Below, piece by piece: positions 9,596 to 16,289 of a stretch of DNA of 25,631 nt. The translations under genes were made by a program, and so were the position numbers. Below the pieces are notes generated by a model. That model was not told the DNA's origin, did not search any database, and was given only the letters and a program-made list of their open reading frames with translations. How positions within the stretch are numbered: the first letter of the stretch is position 1; every line of letters starts with the position of its first letter. Source of the DNA: Nitrososphaerota archaeon (GTDB taxonomy: Archaea; Thermoproteota; Nitrososphaeria; Nitrososphaerales; UBA57); assembly GCA_002713205.1 (NCBI GenBank), contig PAVW01000019.1, forward strand, positions 1-25,631, written 5' to 3'.

Positions 9596-9613
9596 GTTCA
9601 AATCCACTCCTCG

Positions 9614-10486
9614 CTATCTTTTTCTGATTTTCAATATATCTGTGCTTTTTACATTTAATATTATGTTTGATAATCCAATTAATCCGATTCCTATTATTTC
9701 TAATTCATAAGGAATTTCATTTAATAAGATGATTGCATATATTATTGCACTTCCAGGTTCTATATATGATATTGTAGCTGCTTTTTGCGCACTTATTTTC
9801 ACAAGTCCATCAATATATAGAAATTCTGCCAATGCTGTGTGAATTAGTCCTAATACCAGAAGAAGAATAATATTATCTATTATCATTTTTTGCTCTACCA
9901 TTAGAAATGGTGATAATACTAATGCAGATATTATTATATGCATTCCTACTATTGTAATGCTTGAATAATATTTGCTTAGTATTTTTGTAGAAATTATTAC
10001 AAATGCAAATAAAATTCCAGATAAAACACCAAATAACAACCCTCTGTTACTTAATTCATTTCCTAGTCCTTGATTATATATTAATAATATGCCCAGCATT
10101 GATAAAATTAAACACAGGTTTGCTTTCTTTTCTCTGATTTCTTTAAGAAGTAGAGGTGCTAGAATTGCTACATATATTGGCCCTGTGTAAAGTAATGTTA
10201 CTGTATTTGCAATTGAAGTTAGTTTGAACGCAGAAAAATGTGCAGTCCATGCTATTGCTATTGCAATTCCAGATAACATTAAAAGCTTATAATTTCCACT
10301 TTTTATACTTTTTACCCAGTGTTTTTGTCTCAATAATAAAAAAACCATAATTGGCGCTGCAATGATTGATCTATATGCTACTACTGTTCCTGCTTCTAGT
10401 TCAATTGATCTGACAATTATTCCTAGAGTTCCCCAGATTAAAGTTGCAATTATTATTTCAATTATTCCTTGTCGTTTAGAATTCAT
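9614..10486 (-). CDS. EamA/DMT-family transporter
   Basis: 290-aa ORF with about 10 TM segments arranged as two EamA-like halves. Its stop codon (9616-9614) overlaps the last 3 nt of the convergent tRNA. Confidence 0.78.
   Translation of the reverse strand: MNSKRQGIIEIIIATLIWGTLGIIVRSIELEAGTVVAYRSIIAAPIMVFLLLRQKHWVKSIKSGNYKLLMLSGIAIAIAWTAHFSAFKLTSIANTVTLLYTGPIYVAILAPLLLKEIREKKANLCLILSMLGILLIYNQGLGNELSNRGLLFGVLSGILFAFVIISTKILSKYYSSITIVGMHIIISALVLSPFLMVEQKMIIDNIILLLVLGLIHTALAEFLYIDGLVKISAQKAATISYIEPGSAIIYAIILLNEIPYELEIIGIGLIGLSNIILNVKSTDILKIRKR
9619..9623 (+). terminator. oligo-T tract downstream of tRNA-iMet
   Basis: A T5 run lies 3 nt after the discriminator base. Archaeal RNA polymerase terminates at oligo-T. 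The tract lies inside the convergent EamA coding sequence. Confidence 0.3.
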
Positions 10487-10502
10487 ATATTTTTGACCAT
10501 GT

Positions 10503-11819
10503 TTAAAATACTTTGAACCACATTCCTTTTGGTTTATTCTTTATTTTGTGGTTTTCTTTTCCATATCTGTTACTTGGTTTTGTTAAATGACGTTGTGCTG
10601 AAGGGATGGGTAGGTATAGCCCTGATTTTATTTCTCTTTTTATTGTATTTTTTTTAGATTCTTTTGTTTTTATGCTGCATTTTTTACATTTGAATCCTTT
10701 TTTATATCCAATTGATTTCATTGTTTTTTGACATTTCTTACATATGGGCTTTATAATTATTGTTTTTTGAACTAAATTATTGATTTTTATATATTCTGTA
10801 TTCAATATTCTCTTATGTTTTTTTGATCTTCTTCTAATTCCTCCTCCTACCTCTACTGAATCTCCTTTTTCTAATTTTCTTGCTACTTTTTTTAATGTTA
10901 TTGATGGGGCATATATTGCACAATTTATAATTTTATTTTTTGATTTTATTTCTAAAAATACATGACCTCCTCTTTTTGTAACTGGTTTCTTGTTAATTAT
11001 TCCATTAGTATAGCCTGATTGAAAACTTTTTAATTGATTTAGATCTAATTTATTTTTTAAATGTTCATTAGTTCCTTGATTTGTTCTAAATATTGCAAAT
11101 CTCTCTATTGGCTCATAAAGCTCCAACATTGTCATTGCTTTGTATACCCCCTTTGAATTGTTTCCTCTAATTGCAAAGCATATTGGATCTCTTCCATGTG
11201 GCGTTATTAATATTCGATAATTGTTATAATCTATATTATTGAATGTTGAAAGCTCCGTGCACTTATCCATTTTAATTACAGACGTTAAACTTACTCCTCT
11301 TTCTCCATTGTTATTCTTTCTATATCCAATTAATTCATAAGTATGATCTGAAGAAAGTGTATTTCCAATTGCAGCCAATGCACCAATTAATCCTCTTTTT
11401 GTTCCTTGACCAAAATACTCTATTTCATGTGAATCTATAATTTGTTTTAATTCTGATATCTTTACGGATTCATATAGGCACTTTATTGCAAATTTTTTTA
11501 TTTCATTTGGAACTTGTTTTGAACAAAGCATAATTAAGCCCGAATTAGCTTTTCCTTTTCTACTTTCTGAGTATTTAATTACACAATTCTTTGCAATTTT
11601 GAATATTCTATTGGGATTATTTGTTTTTAATCTTAAACATAGTGCTGCATTTCCTCTTGTTTTCCATGGTATGTTAGGATTTAATCTAATAAGATTTGGA
11701 TAATCTAGCATTATTGTTTCTTCTTTTAATAATTTTTGTAGAATTATAGTTATTAGATATGTTGTACACATGCCTTCCTCCGAATCTGTATCATCCAAGC
11801 CTAAATGAACACTAAACAA
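10503..11819 (-). CDS. tiaS: tRNA(Ile2) 2-agmatinylcytidine synthetase
   Basis: 438-aa ORF. The N terminus FSVHLGLDDTDSEEGMCTTY is typical of TiaS, and there is a C-terminal Zn ribbon (CKKCQKTM...FKCKKC). The start is TTG at 11819. The first ATG would remove the DDTDS motif. Confidence 0.85.
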   Translation of the reverse strand: MFSVHLGLDDTDSEEGMCTTYLITIILQKLLKEETIMLDYPNLIRLNPNIPWKTRGNAALCLRLKTNNPNRIFKIAKNCVIKYSESRKGKANSGLIMLCSKQVPNEIKKFAIKCLYESVKISELKQIIDSHEIEYFGQGTKRGLIGALAAIGNTLSSDHTYELIGYRKNNNGERGVSLTSVIKMDKCTELSTFNNIDYNNYRILITPHGRDPICFAIRGNNSKGVYKAMTMLELYEPIERFAIFRTNQGTNEHLKNKLDLNQLKSFQSGYTNGIINKKPVTKRGGHVFLEIKSKNKIINCAIYAPSITLKKVARKLEKGDSVEVGGGIRRRSKKHKRILNTEYIKINNLVQKTIIIKPICKKCQKTMKSIGYKKGFKCKKCSIKTKESKKNTIKREIKSGLYLPIPSAQRHLTKPSNRYGKENHKIKNKPKGMWFKVF

Positions 11820-11835
11820 AATTTATCAAATTCTT

Positions 11836-12066
11836 TTAATATTTAATAACCGTCATTGTTTCGGTTGAAAGTACATTTTTATTGTTTCTAATTTTCTTTA
11901 ATGAATTATTTAATTCTTGTACATTAGAAGTTTTTACAATGGCAATTAAATCGTAAAATCTATAAACTAGATTTATTGCTGTGATATTTTGATTTTTTTT
12001 GATTTTACTCAAACAGTTTTTTTCTTTACCCTGATTTGTATTAATTAAAACGTATGCAATTGGCAT
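11836..12066 (-). CDS. stand-alone RAM (Lrp/AsnC ligand-binding) domain protein
   Basis: 76-aa ORF with a beta-alpha-beta-beta-alpha-beta pattern: AYVLINT..G.E......IKK...I.A..LVYRFYDLIAIV....V.EL......IR....V..TETMTVI. No HTH domain is present. It ends 16 nt upstream of tiaS. Confidence 0.7.
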   Translation of the reverse strand: MPIAYVLINTNQGKEKNCLSKIKKNQNITAINLVYRFYDLIAIVKTSNVQELNNSLKKIRNNKNVLSTETMTVIKY

Positions 12067-12121
12067 TTTGTGAATAAAAACAAGTATTTATTTTATAAAA
12101 CAATTTGGTTTTTGTTTAGGA

Positions 12122-13915
12122 TTATCTGACACTATCTAGCATTTGATTTAAAATTGATAGTGTTTCATTTATCCTTTTTTCTATATCTTTTTGCAACTGC
12201 TTGATTCTTTTTTCAAAGTCATTTTTATTAATATTTTTATGATTTAATTGCTCATATGACTTTATGATTTGAAATATATCTCTTTCTAACGATTGTTCCA
12301 ATTGATTTATTTTATTTATTTTTTCTTTTTGTGTATTGTCTAAATTTGATATTTCTCGTTTTAATAGCCCTAATGTATTTGCATACCTATTTTTAATTGC
12401 GGTTAATTCATTTCTTATATTATTAAGATGTTCTTGCTTAACATTTTCTGAACTTAAATTTATTAATCCGCTTAAAATATTTTTTTCAAATGTAATTTTT
12501 TCACTATATTTTGATAATAGTTCTCTTGTTTTTTTAATTATTTCTTTTTCTTCTTCTTCTTTTGGTTTTTCTCTATAGACTAATAACCCTAATAATATTG
12601 TAATAAATATTATTGAAGTTGTGGGTATTATGTTCATACTTGCCCATGATAAAGTTGGTGTAAATTCTACTGTGATATTTTTTCCATATAATTGTTCACT
12701 GTTTTTAAGTTCAGTTATCATGGATTTTGTTTTTACTGAAAAGGCATCTGGACTATTTATAACAATACTATATTTCTCACTAATTGTTGGTAATGGTGAT
12801 TCCGTTGGAATTGTTACAGTTATTGAATTGATATTGTGACTTATGTATTTTTCAGGTAATGGATATACAAAAGTTAAGATCGCAGATTGTTCTTCTGGAA
12901 TTCCTATTCTCAAAATTTCTGTAATACTTAATCTGTTAGCTGGTGGATTTAATAATATCACTAATTTTTTACTATTTAATGCAGGTTCTCTATTTGGTAC
13001 TGTTGTAATTGTTTTTGCTAGCGGAACTCCATTTTCGTCTACTTCAGGTCCAATTAAATTTACTGGAATGTATTTAAGATCATAAAATCCTTTGTTGGTT
13101 ATTTTTATCGTTTCTTTTATCATAATTTTTCCATTTTTGGCAATAAATATTTCTCTCACAATTTCGTCTACTATGACTTTTGAAAATGCATTAGAATCTT
13201 CAGTTTCTGTTAAGAAAAAATATTCAAATTTTTGATCCCACATTGGCTCAATATTTGCATGTACTGATGTAATCACATCGTAAATTTGAAAACTTGTTCG
13301 TGTATAATGTTGTGAAATATTTGCATAAGTAGCAGTTTCAGGAACATACATTATGAAGTTTAGTCGATCTAAATGGAAATTTGTTGTTGTAATTTCAGGA
13401 ATTAAGACTTTATATAATCCTTCTTTTTCAGTTAATTCAACCACATCTACAAGAATTAGCTTAAGAGTAATTTCAATATCGCTTCCTTTTATAATTTCAA
13501 AATTCTCATTTCTGAAATCTATTGTAACAACTGTGTTTCTTTTGTTTTGAGAAATTATTACTAATTCGTTCACATGTTTAATATTTAGTTCTTCTAAAGA
13601 CTCAGATGAGGCTTCATAGGCACTTATTTTATTTTCATATTCTTTTGGCAAGAAAAATGAAATTGGCTGATTGAATTTTATAGCTGGAGCAACTGTGTTA
13701 TTGTTGGTTAATGTGATTCTGTATTCAATTAATAATCTTCCTAATTCATTTATCTCAAATTTACTCTCTAATGTTATTGGCAATTGATTCCTGTCAACAT
13801 CGCTTGAAAAAGGACATTCCACCATTGAAGTTCCAGGAATGCATTCTTCATGTGCGTTTGCTACTTGAATTATTGTGCCAAATAAAAGCAAAAAGCAAAT
13901 AATTAATATCTTCAT
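12122..13915 (-). CDS. type-I membrane protein: signal peptide, about 400-aa ectodomain, one TM, about 150-aa coiled-coil cytoplasmic tail (possible ribophorin-I-like)
   Basis: 597-aa ORF with a leader MKILIICFLLLFGTIIQVANA|HEE and a TM segment IIPTTSIIFITILLGLLVY at about aa 425-447. The K/E/N-rich heptad-like tail runs to the C terminus. The coding call is strong. The functional idea is speculative (see findings). Confidence 0.8.
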   Translation of the reverse strand: MKILIICFLLLFGTIIQVANAHEECIPGTSMVECPFSSDVDRNQLPITLESKFEINELGRLLIEYRITLTNNNTVAPAIKFNQPISFFLPKEYENKISAYEASSESLEELNIKHVNELVIISQNKRNTVVTIDFRNENFEIIKGSDIEITLKLILVDVVELTEKEGLYKVLIPEITTTNFHLDRLNFIMYVPETATYANISQHYTRTSFQIYDVITSVHANIEPMWDQKFEYFFLTETEDSNAFSKVIVDEIVREIFIAKNGKIMIKETIKITNKGFYDLKYIPVNLIGPEVDENGVPLAKTITTVPNREPALNSKKLVILLNPPANRLSITEILRIGIPEEQSAILTFVYPLPEKYISHNINSITVTIPTESPLPTISEKYSIVINSPDAFSVKTKSMITELKNSEQLYGKNITVEFTPTLSWASMNIIPTTSIIFITILLGLLVYREKPKEEEEKEIIKKTRELLSKYSEKITFEKNILSGLINLSSENVKQEHLNNIRNELTAIKNRYANTLGLLKREISNLDNTQKEKINKINQLEQSLERDIFQIIKSYEQLNHKNINKNDFEKRIKQLQKDIEKRINETLSILNQMLDSVR

Positions 13916-14084
13916 TTATTTAACAAAAGTGCTGATTTTTTATATAATATATCTTTTTTTGAATTTCAAATAATTAAATCTGAATTAAAGTCAAATTTAA
14001 TTCATTAATTGTATAATTTATTCATTATTAACAAATAAAGACTTTTTTGTTCTTATATTAAGGTGTGAAGGGGGCATTTATTTA

Positions 14085-15098
14085 ATGGAATCAGAAATTA
14101 TCTTTGTTGGACTAGGCGATTTTGGTTGTCGTATTCTATCAAAAATTGAACAACAAAATCACAACATTGCTTCGTTTTGTTACTTAAGTAATAATGCTAA
14201 CGATTTTCCAAAATTTACAACTGGCGAGAAATTAGAAATTGTTCTCAATATTGGCGGTAAATTATCTCCTGCTCATATTCGTGGCATTGTACTGAGCCAA
14301 TTAGAGGCTCTCTCTTCTAAATTTAAAACTTCTAAATTAGTCATTATAATTTCATCAGCAGATGGAGACCTTGGTTCTGCTCTTTTACCCTACCTATCAA
14401 ATATTTGTTCGAATAATAATGTTAAATGTTTATCTATATTATCAATGCCATTTTCATTTGAAAAACAAAAACATTTCAATGCAGGTTTAACTCTTCGTCA
14501 CTCTAAACAATATTCCGATGGTATAATATTGATAAATAAAGATGAAATATTTAATGCATTTCCTCAAATTCCAATAGTTCAAGCTTATGATTTTGTAGAT
14601 GATAAAATTGCATTTTCTATTTCTAGTTTACTTGGTCCTAATGATTACGGCGATATTAATTTGCATAATTTATTTGAAATCACTGAAAGAAATAATTTTT
14701 CTGTTCTAAGTATTGGTGAATCTAAAAATGCTTCGAATAACAGTGACATTGCTATCAAAGGCGCACTTAAAATGCTCTCAAAAACTGTTAATCCATCTTC
14801 TGCTGATCGTGTTCTATTATTTCTTAATAGTGGAAAACAACTTTCTACTAGTGATGTTGCATCTTCAATTAATTCTGTACGCGGTTTGATTGGTAAAAAA
14901 TTATCTCATTTCACTCATGGTTATAAGACCAGTGATTCTATTCAAACCACTGCAATAGTTTTATCTTCTGGTTTCCAAAGCACTATATTTGATGATTATG
15001 ATCCATTGTCTACATTACTTGCTGGTAAAGAAATTGACGATGATCTAGAATGTAACTTAGATATTGATATTGGAATTGATACAATATCTGAAGCATAA
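14085..15098 (+). CDS. divergent FtsZ/tubulin-superfamily protein with degenerate GTP-binding motifs
   Basis: 337-aa ORF that aligns colinearly by eye with FtsZ. IIFVGLGDFGCR replaces the T1 motif GxGGxGxN. IIISSADGDLGSALLP replaces the T4 motif GLGGGTGTGSAP. DGIILINKDEIF matches DxxxVIxNExL. INLHNLFEI replaces the T7 motif NxDFAD. FSVLSIGES matches xAxxGxGxx. Confidence 0.8.
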   Translation: MESEIIFVGLGDFGCRILSKIEQQNHNIASFCYLSNNANDFPKFTTGEKLEIVLNIGGKLSPAHIRGIVLSQLEALSSKFKTSKLVIIISSADGDLGSALLPYLSNICSNNNVKCLSILSMPFSFEKQKHFNAGLTLRHSKQYSDGIILINKDEIFNAFPQIPIVQAYDFVDDKIAFSISSLLGPNDYGDINLHNLFEITERNNFSVLSIGESKNASNNSDIAIKGALKMLSKTVNPSSADRVLLFLNSGKQLSTSDVASSINSVRGLIGKKLSHFTHGYKTSDSIQTTAIVLSSGFQSTIFDDYDPLSTLLAGKEIDDDLECNLDIDIGIDTISEA

Positions 15099-15114
15099 GA
15101 TTAAATTCACACGT

Positions 15115-15534
15115 TTATTTTTCTTCTTTCAATTCAGGATTATTATCTGACGGTTTATCTTCTTTAGATTCTTCTACTTCTGGTAAGGCACTAGTCTTTT
15201 CTTCTTTCAATTCAGGATTTATATCTATGATTTTGTTTTCTTTTTTACTTAGTTTTTCTTTTGGTATTGTCTTTTTTGATTCTATGTTACTTATTGTAAC
15301 TACTCCTTCTTTATTTTTTATTAATTTAATTTGAATTTTTCGTGGTGGATGCCTTTTTCCTCTTTTCCATAAGAATTCACTAACATCTGTAGAAATTTTA
15401 ACTTCTTCTGTTCGTCCATGTCTTTTAGCAAACTTTCTTAATATATTGATAGCTTTATTCGTTCGTTTTTGTCTTGGTACGAGCCAAGCTTTACCTAAAT
15501 TTACATTATAAATTCTTTCAAATTCCTCTGACAT
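15115..15534 (-). CDS. rpl31e: 50S ribosomal protein eL31 (L31e) with an acidic/lysine-rich C-terminal extension
   Basis: The first 85 aa or so (ERIYNVNLGKAW.VPRQKRTNKAINILRKFAKRH...WKRGKRHPPRKIQIKL) match L31e. The remaining 50 aa or so are low-complexity and contain NPELKEEK twice. Confidence 0.9.
   Translation of the reverse strand: MSEEFERIYNVNLGKAWLVPRQKRTNKAINILRKFAKRHGRTEEVKISTDVSEFLWKRGKRHPPRKIQIKLIKNKEGVVTISNIESKKTIPKEKLSKKENKIIDINPELKEEKTSALPEVEESKEDKPSDNNPELKEEK
15119..15219. repeat. 23-nt perfect direct repeat (TTTTCTTCTTTCAATTCAGGATT) at 15119-15141 and 15197-15219
   Basis: Read directly from the sequence. The copies are offset by 78 nt (26 codons) and both encode NPELKEEK in the eL31 tail. 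Confidence 0.85.
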
Positions 15535-15690
15535 CTATTTCACCTCTAATTTTGTTCTTCTCCAATGTCTTCTTTTTGGATTTGTTGTAACTGCTCTTCT
15601 AGTTTTAACTACTACCCAAGTTGGAACTGCTACGTTTTGCCTTCTTTTTTTTAATAATCTTTTTTTTATACCTGATGTTTTTTTTGACAA
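15535..15690 (-). CDS. rpl39e: 50S ribosomal protein eL39 (L39e)
   Basis: Absent from the ORF track (51 aa). Minus-strand translation from TTG at 15690 gives (M)[50 protein letters not shown]. This is the eL39 signature (VP.WV..KT.R.V...PKRR.WRRTKL). The upstream gene's TAA abuts the TTG, and its own TAG abuts the eL31 ATG. Confidence 0.9.
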   Translation of the reverse strand: MSKKTSGIKKRLLKKRRQNVAVPTWVVVKTRRAVTTNPKRRHWRRTKLEVK

Positions 15691-15984
15691 TTATGCCCAC
15701 CTTATTTTAAAGTCTTTTTGTGGCTGCTGCATAGATGTTAAAAATTCCTTGATTTCTTTATCGGTTATTGCTTTTTTCAATCTACCCGAAGATGCTAATT
15801 GTATTATATTATCTTCAATTATTTTGGCTGTATCGGGTTTAACCATTCTTATTTTGTAAAGTCTTTCTCTTGCTTCTGACGTAAGCAATACTTTGAGCAT
15901 TTGCTCCCGCATTGCTTTTTGACTGTCTACTGTCTTCGCTTGGGATGATTCAAGTTCTTTTATATTATCTGGTGATTCTGCCAT
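15691..15984 (-). CDS. PDCD5/TFAR19-like dsDNA-binding protein
   Basis: 97-aa ORF. The segment LLTSEARERLYKIRMVKPDTAKIIEDNIIQLASSGRL..ITDKEIKEFL is typical of the archaeal dsDNA_bind (PDCD5) family. This family commonly precedes rpl39e-rpl31e. Confidence 0.85.
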   Translation of the reverse strand: MAESPDNIKELESSQAKTVDSQKAMREQMLKVLLTSEARERLYKIRMVKPDTAKIIEDNIIQLASSGRLKKAITDKEIKEFLTSMQQPQKDFKIRWA

Positions 15985-16032
15985 TTATTTGCCACTTTTT
16001 ATATACATTATCAAAATGGATGTGTTTTAAGT

Positions 16033-16194
16033 TTATTCTTTGATTTCATTATCAGTTAATACATCATCAAGTTTATCTGATAATTCCTTCAATTCTTCCC
16101 TTGATTGTTTGTATAAATTTTCAAATTCCTTGAATAAACTTTGAAGCTCTATAGTAACACGTTCAATTTTCTCATTATTATCTTCAATTTCCAC
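16033..16194 (-). CDS. candidate small acidic coiled-coil protein (53 aa), hypothetical
   Basis: A GTG-initiated ORF: VEIEDNNEKIERVTIELQSLFKEFENLYKQSREELKELSDKLDDVLTDNEIKE*. It fills an otherwise empty 305-nt gap upstream of the ribosomal cluster. I recognised no homology. Confidence 0.3.
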   Translation of the reverse strand: MEIEDNNEKIERVTIELQSLFKEFENLYKQSREELKELSDKLDDVLTDNEIKE

Positions 16195-16259
16195 TTTTTA
16201 CTCACAATCAACTATTTTATACTTGAATAATAAAGTTACTTATTTTTTTACCCTAAAAC

Positions 16260-16267
16260 TTTTAAAA
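16260..16267 (+). promoter_or_regulatory. TATA-like element (TTTTAAAA) upstream of coaBC
   Basis: Centred about 26 nt upstream of ATG 16290, which fits a leaderless archaeal transcript. The AT-rich background makes this weak. Confidence 0.3.
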
Positions 16268-16289
16268 TTTTGATATTATTGATTAATTT

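Larger units (their letters stand above)
9496..9616 (+). tRNA. initiator tRNA-Met (CAU) with two introns; exons 9496-9535, 9549-9563, 9596-9616
   Basis: The spliced product is 76 nt: AGCGAGG UG GGGA AGUCAGGUUUA UCCC G GCGGG CUCAUAA CCCGC AGAUC GGUGG UUCAAAU CCACU CCUCGCU A. An A1:U72 pair plus three G:C pairs closing the anticodon stem are archaeal initiator hallmarks. CCA is not encoded. Confidence 0.85.

Noticed and set aside
9555-9596. A long variable arm (type II tRNA such as Ser or Leu) for the 10-bp hairpin
   Set aside because: With the hairpin kept, no T-stem can form (GAAAG versus CCACU). Excising 9564-9595 at BHB-consistent sites restores a perfect T-arm and a 5-nt variable loop. 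In addition, CAU is not a Ser or Leu anticodon.
9496-9616. The CAU tRNA as tRNA-Ile2, the substrate of the nearby TiaS
   Set aside because: The A1:U72 pair, the three G:C pairs at the bottom of the anticodon stem and overall similarity to archaeal initiator tRNAs argue for tRNA-iMet. Proximity to tiaS (about 0.9 kb, opposite strand) looks coincidental.
12336-13550. Four + strand ORFs (65-80 aa) inside the 597-aa membrane-protein gene
   Set aside because: All are antisense to one long, uninterrupted minus-strand ORF with coherent signal peptide, TM and coiled-coil architecture. They are F/S/I/L-rich shadows.
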